The notes: a model not told the origin generated them from the sequence alone. 64,000 nt of DNA from an uncultured Armatimonadales bacterium (GCA_964236795.1 CAXSFV010000002.1:58885-122884); one strand, 5' to 3'; positions 28,046 through 37,763 are shown, numbered from the stretch's first letter. Numbers and translations: made by a program.

Positions 28046-28744
28046 ATGATTACTGTGCGGATGCTGTTTTTTGCCCATTTGCAAGACGTGGCCGGAAGCC
28101 ATGAACTTGCCATATCACTGCCTGAAAACGCAACCGTTGAGGCGGCGGCGGAAGCGCTTACCGGACGTGGTGCCGGATTTGCTGATCTTCTGGCGCAGGC
28201 ACGAGCTGCCGTCAATGCCGAGTTTGCCGAAGCATCTACGGTGCTGCATGATGGCGATGAAGTGGCCTGGATGCCGCCGATGAGTGGTGGAAACTTATCA
28301 GTGCCGCTGCTGACGGACGCGGTAATCCACCTAGCGATGTTAAGCCAAACTGTTGAAGCGCCCGGCTACGGCGCAGTCGTGACGTTCAGCGGCAATGTCC
28401 GCGACAATGCACGCGGACGCGACGTGCTGTATTTGGAATACGAAGCCTACGCGCCGCTGGCTGAGAAGCAGCTTGGCCGGCTGATTGCCGAAGCCGAGAC
28501 GCGCTGGCAGGTCAAGTGCGCGTTGCAGCACCGGCTCGGACGCCTGGAGATCGGCGAAAGCAGTGTTGGAATCGCCGTCGCCGCCGCCCACCGAGCCGAG
28601 GCGTTTGACGCCTGCCGCTGGCTGCTGGACACGCTGAAAGAAACCGTACCAATCTGGAAGCGCGAGTTCTTTCGGGGCGGCGACCACTGGGTCGAAGGTC
28701 CGCAGACCGTCAGTACGAAGAAGACTGCTGTTTTAGAAGCATAG
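28046..28744 (+). CDS. MoaD-MoaE fusion (molybdopterin synthase small + large subunit)
   Basis: ORF trimmed to ATG 28046. The N-terminal 82 aa (MITVRMLFFAHLQDVAG...GDEVAWMPPMSGG) form a MoaD that ends in the internal GG. The remainder (GAVVTFSGNVRD...LEYEAY..LAE...VPIWKREFF) is MoaE. Confidence 0.8.
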   Translation: MITVRMLFFAHLQDVAGSHELAISLPENATVEAAAEALTGRGAGFADLLAQARAAVNAEFAEASTVLHDGDEVAWMPPMSGGNLSVPLLTDAVIHLAMLSQTVEAPGYGAVVTFSGNVRDNARGRDVLYLEYEAYAPLAEKQLGRLIAEAETRWQVKCALQHRLGRLEIGESSVGIAVAAAHRAEAFDACRWLLDTLKETVPIWKREFFRGGDHWVEGPQTVSTKKTAVLEA

Positions 28745-28746
28745 CC

Positions 28747-29292
28747 ATGATCGAACTCACCGAAGCCGCCACTGCGACGCCGCGATCCACTGCCGTCACC
28801 ATCCGCCCGATGCGGATTGACGACATTGAATATGTCTCGCGCTTGGAGCGCCGCTGCTATACACTCCCGTGGAGTTCCAGCGCCTATGTCACCGAGGTCG
28901 GCAATTCCAACGCCTACTACACGGTCGCAACGCTTCCCGACGGAACCATCGCCGGGTATGCCGGGATGTGGGTCATTATGGACGAGCTGCACATGACGAC
29001 CATCGCGGTAGACCCGTCGGTGCGCGGCCTAAAAATTGGTGAGCGGCTGCTGCTGGACACCATCCGGGAAGGCATTCGGCGCGGGGCGGAACGGGCGACG
29101 CTGGAAGTGCGTGAGCGCAATACCGTCGCGCACAACCTGTATGTCAAGTACGGTTTTGAAGATGTGGCCGTCCGCAAGAACTATTACAGCGACAACGGCG
29201 AAAACGCGATTATCATGTGGGCGAATGATTTGACGTTGCCGCCGTACCAAGCCATGCTGGCGGATTACGAAGCGCGTTTGGCCGAGCGCTGA
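28747..29292 (+). CDS. rimI: GNAT N-acetyltransferase, RimI-like
   Basis: IRPMRIDDIEYVSRLERRCYTLPWS...MTTIAVDPSVRGLKIGERLL...ATLEVRERNTVAHNLYVKYGF. Confidence 0.75.
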   Translation: MIELTEAATATPRSTAVTIRPMRIDDIEYVSRLERRCYTLPWSSSAYVTEVGNSNAYYTVATLPDGTIAGYAGMWVIMDELHMTTIAVDPSVRGLKIGERLLLDTIREGIRRGAERATLEVRERNTVAHNLYVKYGFEDVAVRKNYYSDNGENAIIMWANDLTLPPYQAMLADYEARLAER

Positions 29293-30020
29293 TGCAGATT
29301 TTGAACCAGTTTCTTTCCGGCCCCGACGTGTGCCATTACCTGCCCGATAGACCGGCAACCCAGCAGTACGCGATTGCCGCCCAGCTTTCTCCCGCCGAAT
29401 ACGAAGACTTGATGAACACCGGCTGGCGCAAGTTCGGTCAAACGCTTTTCCGTCCGGTTTGCCAATCCTGCGCCGAGTGCCGCCCCCTGCGTATTCCAGC
29501 CGCCAGGTTTATCCCTGACCGCAGCCAGACACGCTGCCTGCGCCGAAACGCCGATCTCGAAATCCGGTTCGCGCCGCCGAGCGCCGACGCCGCCCGTTTG
29601 GACCTCTACAAACGCTATCAAGCTGCACAGACCGAAGCAAAGGGCTGGCCGGACGCCGAGCGGACGCTGGGCAGCTACAAGCGGCAGTTCACTCAGAACC
29701 CCATGCCAAGCGTCGAGATTTCAATTTGGGAAGAAGATATTCTCAGAGCAGTCGCCATCACCGACATCACGCCGAACACCGTTTCCGGCGTCTACCATTT
29801 TCATGACCCTGACTGCCGCCCCCGCAGTTTAGGCACGTTCGCGCTCTTGCAGACAATCGCGCTCGCCCAAGCTTTAAACAAGCGCTGGGCGTACTTCGGC
29901 TTCTATGTCGCGGGCTGCCCCAGCATGGAATACAAAACCCGTTTCCGCCCGCACGAGATTTTGTCGCCCGGCGGCGTCTGGGAAATGGATTGCGAAGCAG
30001 ATGCGGGTATACTACCGTAA
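29292..30020 (+). CDS. bpt: arginyl/aspartyl-glutamyl-tRNA-protein transferase (ATE/Bpt family)
   Basis: CHYLPDRPA...SPAEYEDLMNTGWRKFGQTLFRPVCQSCAECRPLRI...RRN, then the ATE_C part VSGVYHFHDP....SLGTFALL. Confidence 0.8.
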   Translation: MQILNQFLSGPDVCHYLPDRPATQQYAIAAQLSPAEYEDLMNTGWRKFGQTLFRPVCQSCAECRPLRIPAARFIPDRSQTRCLRRNADLEIRFAPPSADAARLDLYKRYQAAQTEAKGWPDAERTLGSYKRQFTQNPMPSVEISIWEEDILRAVAITDITPNTVSGVYHFHDPDCRPRSLGTFALLQTIALAQALNKRWAYFGFYVAGCPSMEYKTRFRPHEILSPGGVWEMDCEADAGILP

Positions 30021-30026
30021 TATACT

Positions 30027-30374
30027 TTGGACAGGAACCCTGTTATGCCCCGTGGAATTGATCTCATGCCTGCCGTTACGCCCGGAGTTCAGACGGTGGA
30101 CGCCCCCGATGAGCGCGAACAGCGTACCCCGCCCGGCTCCGGCGGCCCCTATATCGTAATTTTGTACAACTGCGACTGCCATACGTTCGACCAGGTGGAG
30201 AAGCAGCTTCGCAAGGCCACGGGCTGCACCCAGGAAAAGGCCGAAGCGCACGCGCTGGAAGTCCACACTAAAGGCCGCTCCATTGTCTTCTCCGGCGACG
30301 ATGAAGAGTGCGAGAAAGTCGCGGGCATCCTGCGGCAGATTAAGCTTCAAGTGGAAACCGACAAATCCGCGTGA
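30027..30374 (+). CDS. clpS: ClpS-like N-degron adaptor
   Basis: PYIVILYNCDCHTFDQVEKQLRKATGCTQEKAEAHALEVHTKGRSIVFSGDDEECEKV matches the ClpS core layout and lies adjacent to bpt. Confidence 0.7.
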   Translation: MDRNPVMPRGIDLMPAVTPGVQTVDAPDEREQRTPPGSGGPYIVILYNCDCHTFDQVEKQLRKATGCTQEKAEAHALEVHTKGRSIVFSGDDEECEKVAGILRQIKLQVETDKSA

Positions 30375-31642
30375 CCGATGCTTTTCCGAAGATCGTGACC
30401 GAGATCCCCGGCCCGCGCTCGCTGGCGCTGGCCCAAGATCTGCGCTGCGTCGAAAGCCCGAACGTTACCTACTTAGCACCAGACTTTCCCGTCTTCTGGG
30501 ACAGCGCTGAGGGCTGCCTTGTTACCGACGTGGACGGCAACCGTTTTCTCGACGTGACTTCGGCCTTCGGCGTCGCCTCCGTCGGCCACTCCCACCCGCG
30601 TGTCGTCGCCGCCATTCAGGAGCAAGCACAAAAGCTCACTCACGGCATGGGCGACGTTCACCCGTCGGAAGTCAAAGTCCGCTTCTGCGAGCGCGTCGCG
30701 TCTCTTGTTCCTATTCCCGACGCCCAACTTATCTTAGGCCAGAACGGCGGCGACGCCGTCGAAGCCGCCCTTAAAACCGCCGTTCTCGCCACAGGCCGCC
30801 CCGGCGTTCTGGCCTTTCACGGCGGTTACCACGGCCTGACCTACGGGGCGCTCGACGCCACCGCCCGCGCCGACTTCCGCGCCCCGTTCCAGTCCCAGCT
30901 CGGCGGCTTCACCCGCCATCTTCCCTACGGCTGTCCACTAGAACATATTGCCGCCCATCTCGAAACCCACAAACCCGGTGCCATCCTGGCCGAGCCGTTG
31001 CAGGGCCGAGGCGGCATCGTCATTCCCCCACCCGGCTGGATTTCCGGCCTGCGCGACCTCTGCACGGCGACAAACACGCTGCTCATTCTCGACGAAATCT
31101 TCACCGGCTGGGGCCGCACCGGGGACTGGTTCGCCTGTCAGCAGGAAGACGTCATCCCCGACATCCTGTGCGTCGGCAAAGCCATGGGCGGCGGCCTGCC
31201 CATCTCTGCCTGTATCGCGTCCAAAAAGCTGATGTCCGTCTGGGGCGAGTCCACAGGAGAAGCTCTGCACACCTCCACGTTTCTCGGCAACCCACTCGCC
31301 TGCGCCGCCGGCCTCGCTGCGCTCTCAGTACTGGAAGACGAAAACCTGCCCCAACGCGCTGCCGAGATGGGTCAAGTCTTCGCCGACGGCCTGCGCGACC
31401 TGCAAGCTGCGTTCCTTGACCAAATCGTTAATGTGCGCGGGCGTGGCCTCATGCTCGGCATTGAAATGACCTCGCCGCAACTGGCGCTGCCGCTCGTTCC
31501 GGCAGCTTTGCGTCGGGGATTGATCCTGCTCCCCGCTGGTGATGGGCGCGTCTTGGAGTTCGTGCCGCCGCTGGTCATCGCGGAGGAGCAAATTGCTTGG
31601 TGCTTGGGGACAATGAAGGAAATGCTGGATGTCGTGGGGTAG
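30371..31642 (+). CDS. class-III PLP aminotransferase (GABA/acetylornithine aminotransferase-like)
   Basis: GVASVGHSHPRV, FHGGYHGLTYGAL, LILDEIFTGWGRTG, and DILCVGKAMGGGLP (PLP lysine). Confidence 0.85.
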   Translation: MTDAFPKIVTEIPGPRSLALAQDLRCVESPNVTYLAPDFPVFWDSAEGCLVTDVDGNRFLDVTSAFGVASVGHSHPRVVAAIQEQAQKLTHGMGDVHPSEVKVRFCERVASLVPIPDAQLILGQNGGDAVEAALKTAVLATGRPGVLAFHGGYHGLTYGALDATARADFRAPFQSQLGGFTRHLPYGCPLEHIAAHLETHKPGAILAEPLQGRGGIVIPPPGWISGLRDLCTATNTLLILDEIFTGWGRTGDWFACQQEDVIPDILCVGKAMGGGLPISACIASKKLMSVWGESTGEALHTSTFLGNPLACAAGLAALSVLEDENLPQRAAEMGQVFADGLRDLQAAFLDQIVNVRGRGLMLGIEMTSPQLALPLVPAALRRGLILLPAGDGRVLEFVPPLVIAEEQIAWCLGTMKEMLDVVG

Positions 31643-31644
31643 AG

Positions 31645-32109
31645 TTACTCGTTATTGAGGTCTGCAATTTCTGCCTTGACGGTTGCTATAATTTCGTCAT
31701 CCGGCCCATTACCTATGCTGACAATGACAAAATTGCGGGGCGAGAAATCGTCGAAAGCACTGCACTTGAGAAGTCCAAAGATGGCGTCTTCCAGTGGTTC
31801 ATCCTCGTACCAGCTTGACATCACAAAGCAGGCTTTTATAGGAGGCAAATCAGCATCGGTTGCCAGAAAAGCCCAGTCTAAGGCATCATCCCAAAGCGAG
31901 CAGTCATGTCCCCAAAATATTCCATTCCGGCAGCCCTGAGCGACAAGAGCATCGCATAACGTATTTCGGCTTTCGTGAGAAACTGCACCGTTATAAACCG
32001 CTACCAGTGCCGCGAATTCTTCTCCCGGACAGGGCGAGCAAAACAAATCGCCCTGCTGCATCTTTACCAGCCAAACTGGATGATTGTTTTGCTGTGCCAT
32101 GATCTGCAT
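31645..32109 (-). CDS. acidic cytoplasmic hypothetical protein (orphan, AT-richer)
   Basis: 154-aa ORF with no overlapping competitor and no domain I recognise. It lies in a visibly AT-richer stretch. Confidence 0.5.
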   Translation of the reverse strand: MQIMAQQNNHPVWLVKMQQGDLFCSPCPGEEFAALVAVYNGAVSHESRNTLCDALVAQGCRNGIFWGHDCSLWDDALDWAFLATDADLPPIKACFVMSSWYEDEPLEDAIFGLLKCSAFDDFSPRNFVIVSIGNGPDDEIIATVKAEIADLNNE

Positions 32110-32134
32110 AGCGGTCTATGGCCCTTTTTGGCCG

Positions 32135-32341
32135 TCAATGCGTCAGCAGCAAGTAGAAGCCCATGCCAATAAACAAGGCATCAATCAGCAAAGCCCGCTG
32201 CCGGCGAGCCTCAAACTGCCGCAGGGCTGCCGGCGTGTCCGGCAAGGACTTCGCTCGCTGCTTGAAGTAGGCGACGCTGATCGCGCGGAACACGAAGCCG
32301 AGCGCGATCAGCACGCCGCCGATGATCTTGAAAGGGTCCAA
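32135..32341 (-). CDS. small 2-TM membrane protein
   Basis: 68 aa with two hydrophobic helices flanking a basic loop (KQRAKS...RRQR). Confidence 0.4.
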   Translation of the reverse strand: MDPFKIIGGVLIALGFVFRAISVAYFKQRAKSLPDTPAALRQFEARRQRALLIDALFIGMGFYLLLTH

Positions 32342-32362
32342 ACGCCTGCCTCACTTGCGCGG

Positions 32363-32857
32363 TCAGCGGTAGTTCGTGAACTGGATTGGTGCGTCGAGAT
32401 CCGCGCCTTTGATGGCGGTCATCGCTTGCTGTAAATCGTCCTTGTTCTTGCCCGTGACCCGTACCTGCTCGTCCTGGATGAGCGTTGTGACTTTGATGCC
32501 CTTGTCTTTGATCAGCTTTGTGATCTTCTTCGCAGCCTCCGTCGGCAGGCCGCTTTTGACTGTCACGACCTGGCGCACGGTGCCTTTCGACGCCTGTTCC
32601 AGCTTGCCATAATCTAAAAACTTGGTGTCCACGCCGCGCTTGATCATCTTGGATTGCAGCACGTCAATGAGCGCCGTCAGCCGGGCTTCGTCGTCCGATG
32701 TCAGGGTGATCTTTTCTTTGCCGTCATGGTCAATCTCGCTGACGCTGCCCCGGAAATCGAAGCGGGTTTCAATTTCCCGCTGCGCCTGCTGTATCGCGTT
32801 TTTAACTTCCTGCGGGTCCGCTTTCGAGACTGCATCAAAACTGTATTCCGTTGCCAT
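32363..32857 (-). CDS. yajQ: YajQ-family nucleotide-binding protein
   Basis: ORF 32363..33643 trimmed to ATG 32857: MATEYSFDAVSKADPQEVKNAIQQAQREIETRFDFRG...VRVTGKNKDDLQ...FTNYR, a full-length YajQ (164 aa). Confidence 0.9.
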   Translation of the reverse strand: MATEYSFDAVSKADPQEVKNAIQQAQREIETRFDFRGSVSEIDHDGKEKITLTSDDEARLTALIDVLQSKMIKRGVDTKFLDYGKLEQASKGTVRQVVTVKSGLPTEAAKKITKLIKDKGIKVTTLIQDEQVRVTGKNKDDLQQAMTAIKGADLDAPIQFTNYR

Positions 32858-32883
32858 CGTGCGTGTGTCTCCTGAAACTAAAG

Positions 32884-33849
32884 TTACGTTTCCTCTATGA
32901 TACCCGAACGCCGCGTGATCGCAGGCACTTTCGCGAGAGCCGGAGCAACAACGCCTGGCTTTTGCCCCAGCCCCATCACCGCCAAGATCAGCAGCACGAG
33001 GCCAATCCCCTGGCTGAGTGTCACCGGCGTGTGCTGGACAAAAATGCCGATGGCAAGCGCGGTCAGCGGGTAGCACAGCTCCGCCAGTGTCGCGACCGAC
33101 GCCGGAGTGCCGCGCAGGCCGAGATAATACAGTGTCATGCCCAGCAAATCCGGCAGCAGGACGATCAGCAGCAGAAACACTGCCGCGAACTGGACCGTAT
33201 GCGTCGGCGTTCCTGGCGCTCCGTTCGGAACCAGCGTCAGCAAAAGAAGCACCGGAACGGCCAGCGCGAACCTCGCCCCTGCCAGTCCGCCGGGCGACAA
33301 AGACGCCGAGAGCGATCGGCCCGCGACAGTCGCCGCGCCCCACAAAGCCGACGCCCCCAGTGCAAGCAGCGCCTGCTCCGCATGAATGTCCGACAGCGAC
33401 GGCGGCGCCTTGAAGCCGATGAGCAAATACGCGCCGATGAACGCCGCCACGCACCACGCCCAGAACAGCGGCTGACGCCGCTCTTTCAAGACCAAGCCCG
33501 CCAGCAAAATCGCTACAATCGGCTGAGTCTTTTGCAGCAAAACAACCGTCAGCGCATGCGAAAAGTCCAGTGTGAACGCCTTCGTATATAGCCAAGTCGC
33601 CACCGCCGAGCCGCCCCACGCCACAAACAGCAAAGCGCCCCACTGGGGTTTAGTCAGCGCGGCAAGCTTCACGCGCTCGCGCCACAGCACCGGCAGGAAC
33701 AGCAGAGTCAAAATCAGATGCTCGCCCAGAACGAGCCACGCCGGAGACCAGCCCACGCTCAGAGCGTTCGGACGCAGCAGCAGATCGCTGCCCCACAGCA
33801 TCGCGGCCAGGGCAATGAGGAGCGGTGAATAAAGTCGAGAAGGCATCAC
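32884..33849 (-). CDS. EamA/DMT-family transporter
   Basis: 321 aa with 10 hydrophobic spans arranged as two EamA-like halves. Confidence 0.75.
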   Translation of the reverse strand: MMPSRLYSPLLIALAAMLWGSDLLLRPNALSVGWSPAWLVLGEHLILTLLFLPVLWRERVKLAALTKPQWGALLFVAWGGSAVATWLYTKAFTLDFSHALTVVLLQKTQPIVAILLAGLVLKERRQPLFWAWCVAAFIGAYLLIGFKAPPSLSDIHAEQALLALGASALWGAATVAGRSLSASLSPGGLAGARFALAVPVLLLLTLVPNGAPGTPTHTVQFAAVFLLLIVLLPDLLGMTLYYLGLRGTPASVATLAELCYPLTALAIGIFVQHTPVTLSQGIGLVLLILAVMGLGQKPGVVAPALAKVPAITRRSGIIEET

Positions 33850-33905
33850 GCGCCTATGATACCCGGTCTTTGCCCCTCAAACCATGAGACATTTGTTCGC
33901 TTTTC

Positions 33906-33914
33906 TGTTATAAT
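33906..33914 (+). promoter_or_regulatory. ftsK extended -10 element TGtTATAAT
   Basis: TGTTATAAT lies 39 nt upstream of the ftsK ATG. Confidence 0.4.
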
Positions 33915-33952
33915 AGTGCATCTGATGCACATTTTTTTGGAGACCCCTTCGC

Positions 33953-36445
33953 ATGGCCGTTAAATCGCCCCCCGAACGCCCGGCGGCGCGGCAGCCGCGC
34001 CCATCCCAAGCGCCGAGCCGGACGACGCCCCCGCGCCCGCCGCGCCGAAATGATCGTTTTGCTCATGATATGTCCGGCCTCGCGTTTCTTACGCTCGGCC
34101 TTATCCTCGGCGTCAGTCTTGTTAGCCTTGTGCTGTCACATCGGGGGGATACCGGCCTGCTCGGCGACTGGCTGGTGAAGGGCCTGCGGTTCGTCGTCGG
34201 CATCGGCGCCTGGGTGTTTCCCCTGCTGCTCTGCGCCGTCGGCGTCATGCTAATTCAAGGCAAGCACCGGCAGACGCGGACAAACTTTGCCGGCGGTGCG
34301 GCCCTGCTGTTTCTGGTCGGCATCTCGTGGTGGCACCTCGGCCACACGACCCGCGCTTCCGAGTGGACCGACATCACCGAAGGCGGCTGGCTTGGCGCGG
34401 CGGTCTCCGGCGGCCTGCGGGCGCTGGTCGGTGATATCTCCAGCCATATCGTTTTGTTTCTGTTCTCGGTCGGGGCGGTCGTCTGGGCCACCGACATGCG
34501 CCTGCTGCACCTCTTCGACCACGCGGTCGCGGGAGGGCGTCGGGTGACGACGCCGCTTGCCCAGGGCGCGAAAGTGTCCGCGCAGGTGGCAAAGCAGGGG
34601 GCGGACGCCCTGAAAGAGCGGGCGACTCGCCAGCGCATCTACACGCCGGAAGTGAAACCCACCCCGGCGCAAGCGCCTTCCCCTCCCGAAACGGGAAGGG
34701 CCGGAGTTTCGGAACGGATTGCAGGGGCAGGGTTTACCCCTGCCCTCCCGCCGTCCGCCGCTCCGCCGTCGCCTGTGCTTGAACCCGTTCCTGCCATCCG
34801 ACTTGCCATTCAGGAGCCGCCTGCCCCTATCTCTGAACCTCTTCGTCCTCCCGAAGCGGGAGGACCCCTGCGAAGCAGGGAGGTGGGTTCCGACGCGCTG
34901 GGTTCCCTCCCTACCATCCCCATCCTCGCGCCCGATAAGCCCAAGGCGCCGGCTGGCCCGCTCGTCATCCCCGACGCGCTCGGCGACGATGGCACCAAGC
35001 ACGATTATGTCCTGCCGCCGCTGGAACTGCTGAGTGAAGCGCCGCCAAAGCCCGTCCAGCATGAATCGGCCATTCAGGAAAAGCAAGCCGTTCTGATGCG
35101 AACGCTCAACGACTTCAAAATCGGCGCAAACGTCGCCCAGGTCGCGATGGGGCCGACCGTCACCCGCTACGAAGTCCAATTAGAGCCGGGCATCTTAGTC
35201 CGCAAGATCGTCGCCCTGGCCGACAACCTTGCCATGTCGCTCGCCGCGATTGATGTCCGGGTCGAAGCGCCCATTCCCGGCAAGGCCGCTATCGGCATCG
35301 AAGTCCCGAACGATGTCACGCAAATGGTCTCGCTCCGGGAGTGCCTCTCAACAAACGAGTTTATGAACGCGCCGTCGAAGCTGACATTCGCACTCGGCAA
35401 AGACGTGTCCGGCGAGTATAAGTACGCCGACCTGACCCGAATGCCCCATTTGCTGGTCGGCGGCAGCACGAACAGCGGCAAAAGCGTCTGCCTCAACGTC
35501 ATCATCTCGTCCATTATCTACCGGGCCACCCCGCGCGAAGTCAAGTTTGTGATGATTGACCCCAAGCGTGTCGAGCTGTCTCTGTACGACGGCATCCCGC
35601 ACCTCTTGTCGCCGGTCATCAAAGACGTCAAGCAGGCCGCCGGCATCTTCCGCAGCGTCCTCAAAGAGATGGAAGAGCGCTACGACCGCTTTGCCCGTCT
35701 CGGCACCCGCAACATTGAAGGCTTCAATTCCCGCGTCCCGCCCGACGAGCGCCTGCCGTTCATTGTCGTGGTTGTGGACGAACTCGCTGATTTAATGATG
35801 CAGCAGGGTCCCGAAGTCGAGACGAGCATCTGCCGCATCGCCCAGCTTGCCCGCGCCACCGGCATCCACCTGGTCATCGCCACCCAGCGCCCCTCAGTGG
35901 ACGTGATCACCGGCACGATCAAAGCCAACATATCTTCTCGGATTGCGTTTGCCGTCGCCACTCAGATTGACAGCCGGACCATCATTGACATGCCCGGCGC
36001 GGACCGCCTCATCGGGCGCGGCGACATGCTTTATATGCCGATTGACGCCGCCAAGCCCCTGCGCGTCCAGGGCTGCTACGTCGGCGAGCGCGAGACCGAA
36101 GAACTGGTCAAATACCTGCGAAACCAGGAAGAAGCCGTCTACACCATGATCCCGTCCGAGTCCAGCGGCGGCGGCTACGGCGCGGACGGCGAGGACGACG
36201 GCTCCTCCGACGAGCTATTTGAACCCTGCGTCCGCTGGCTCGTCATGCAGGGCCAGTGTTCCACGTCAAGCCTGCAGCGCAAGTTCAAGATCGGCTACAC
36301 CCGCGCCGCCCGCCTCGTCGAAGTCATGGAAGCCCGCCAGATCGTCGGCTCCCAAGACGGCGTCAAGCCCCGCGAAATCCTGCTCCGCTCCGAGAACCTA
36401 GAAGCCTTCTTCGCCGGCTCAGGGCAGGGCGATTTGGGGCAGTGA
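33953..36445 (+). CDS. ftsK: DNA translocase FtsK/SpoIIIE
   Basis: N-terminal TM block, Pro-rich linker, Walker A GGSTNSGKSV, Walker B VVVVDELADLMM, and a gamma wHTH domain (LQRKFKIGYTRAARLVEVMEARQIVG). Confidence 0.93.
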   Translation: MAVKSPPERPAARQPRPSQAPSRTTPPRPPRRNDRFAHDMSGLAFLTLGLILGVSLVSLVLSHRGDTGLLGDWLVKGLRFVVGIGAWVFPLLLCAVGVMLIQGKHRQTRTNFAGGAALLFLVGISWWHLGHTTRASEWTDITEGGWLGAAVSGGLRALVGDISSHIVLFLFSVGAVVWATDMRLLHLFDHAVAGGRRVTTPLAQGAKVSAQVAKQGADALKERATRQRIYTPEVKPTPAQAPSPPETGRAGVSERIAGAGFTPALPPSAAPPSPVLEPVPAIRLAIQEPPAPISEPLRPPEAGGPLRSREVGSDALGSLPTIPILAPDKPKAPAGPLVIPDALGDDGTKHDYVLPPLELLSEAPPKPVQHESAIQEKQAVLMRTLNDFKIGANVAQVAMGPTVTRYEVQLEPGILVRKIVALADNLAMSLAAIDVRVEAPIPGKAAIGIEVPNDVTQMVSLRECLSTNEFMNAPSKLTFALGKDVSGEYKYADLTRMPHLLVGGSTNSGKSVCLNVIISSIIYRATPREVKFVMIDPKRVELSLYDGIPHLLSPVIKDVKQAAGIFRSVLKEMEERYDRFARLGTRNIEGFNSRVPPDERLPFIVVVVDELADLMMQQGPEVETSICRIAQLARATGIHLVIATQRPSVDVITGTIKANISSRIAFAVATQIDSRTIIDMPGADRLIGRGDMLYMPIDAAKPLRVQGCYVGERETEELVKYLRNQEEAVYTMIPSESSGGGYGADGEDDGSSDELFEPCVRWLVMQGQCSTSSLQRKFKIGYTRAARLVEVMEARQIVGSQDGVKPREILLRSENLEAFFAGSGQGDLGQ

Positions 36446-36455
36446 GAGACGTGCT

Positions 36456-37502
36456 ATGCAGGTTGCACCCAAACTATCTGAAGTTAGCGAATTCAAGCGC
36501 AACGTGGCGGCCTGTTTCGTAGTCGGTGATTTACGAGGGCGGCTCAAAGCTTATGCTATCGTTGATGCTTCGCGTTACGACATGGGCACATCCAGACCTG
36601 CTGAGGTTCGGAATTGGCAGGTTGAATTCTTATCTATCGACGAGATCGACTTGGGCTTGTCTACTAGCTTGAAGGGAGCAATTCGAGTCGGTGAGGTGGT
36701 CCATCTCAAGCAAGATTATTTCTTGGTGATAGGAGTCGATGGCAGTGAAATTGTGGAGGCTTATCTAACTGAGTGTGCAACACTGCTGCAACAAAAAATA
36801 CCACAAAGACAGAACGAAGAAGCAATCGTACAAGAAGTAGAGGACGAATTGCGAGAGGAACAAAAACTCATTGAGAACCGCTTTGAGTTATATGAGGAGG
36901 GTCGCAAGCGCCGCCGCGAGAGGATAATTCAAGACGCGCATGATTTAGCGGCTCTACTTAAAGCGAAGTATGGTGAGGCTGTTTTCCCTGAACTAAAAGC
37001 TTATGAAGAAGCGATAAAGCAAGAGCGACAAGTACAACTTCCGGTGCTATGGCAAAAAACGATTGAATTAGCTCATTATGAGTTTGAGTTGCAAAAAGCG
37101 AATGACCGCGAGAATACGAACCTCAAACCATTGCGTCAAAAGCTAGTTCAATGGAAACAACATCAGCAAGAACAAGCGAAAACCAGACAGTTAGCAGAAG
37201 AAAAGCGGCTTGCAAAAGAGCGTGAAGAAACATGGCGTAACTACCAGGCACGGCGACACGCCGAGGCCGAAGAAAAACAAATTGCAGAACAGCAACTTCG
37301 CCAAGCCGAGAAAGATCGCCAGATAGCAATCCAGCGTCGCGCTGAAGCACACGTCCGATACAAAGATTGGCGGTTGGCAGAAGATCAGCGGCGTGCAGAA
37401 CAATGGGTAGAGAGAGAACGGATAAGGCTTCAGAGGCAAGAAGAACGGCGGCACAGTGCGATGGGGCAGGAAACATCTGATGGAAATGAATCACTATCCT
37501 GA
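36456..37502 (+). CDS. hypothetical protein: ~115-aa beta-rich N-domain + ~230-aa highly charged E/R/Q/K coiled-coil
   Basis: 348-aa ORF starting 10 nt after ftsK, visibly AT-richer. The C-terminal part is EEKRLAKEREETWRNYQARRHAEAEEKQIAEQQLRQAEKDRQIAIQRRAE... I recognise no domain. Confidence 0.6.
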   Translation: MQVAPKLSEVSEFKRNVAACFVVGDLRGRLKAYAIVDASRYDMGTSRPAEVRNWQVEFLSIDEIDLGLSTSLKGAIRVGEVVHLKQDYFLVIGVDGSEIVEAYLTECATLLQQKIPQRQNEEAIVQEVEDELREEQKLIENRFELYEEGRKRRRERIIQDAHDLAALLKAKYGEAVFPELKAYEEAIKQERQVQLPVLWQKTIELAHYEFELQKANDRENTNLKPLRQKLVQWKQHQQEQAKTRQLAEEKRLAKEREETWRNYQARRHAEAEEKQIAEQQLRQAEKDRQIAIQRRAEAHVRYKDWRLAEDQRRAEQWVERERIRLQRQEERRHSAMGQETSDGNESLS

Positions 37503-37749
37503 TACCGACTCGCTCTACATTGACCTCAGCGACAAACCCAGTGCCGAGTCGCAGGAAGTCTCGCCCGGCGTCGTTTTAGACTACGACGAAGCAGGCCATG
37601 TCTGCGGCATTGATATTGACTATGCCAGCCAGAAGTACGACTTGTCGCGCCTTGAACTTGAAGGGATAGAAAACTATTTGATGAGCGTGTCTACACCGGC
37701 AAAGGACTGGCTGAGGCCGGAAGAAGACGAAGCGTGGAAGGATTTGTGA
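37480..37749 (+). CDS. DUF2283-family small protein
   Basis: MEMNHYPDTDSLYIDLSDKPSAESQEVSPGVVLDYDEAGHVCGIDIDYASQ fits the D.LYI...D.D..G...GIEI pattern of DUF2283. It overlaps the preceding ORF by 23 nt. Confidence 0.6.
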   Translation: MEMNHYPDTDSLYIDLSDKPSAESQEVSPGVVLDYDEAGHVCGIDIDYASQKYDLSRLELEGIENYLMSVSTPAKDWLRPEEDEAWKDL

Positions 37750-37763
37750 AAGGAAGCAATCAA

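Noticed and set aside
32363-33643. 426-aa ORF suggesting a large protein that includes yajQ
   Set aside because: Only the last 164 codons (from ATG 32857) form YajQ. The upstream 262 codons are an open alternative frame across the EamA transporter gene, with Arg/Gly/Ala-rich nonsense composition.
33886-33899. LexA-type box GAGACATTTGTTCG upstream of ftsK
   Set aside because: Only one half-site (GTTCG) is good and the left half has a mismatch in the AAC core. It differs from the GTTTG form of the three strong boxes and is too weak to call without comparative data.
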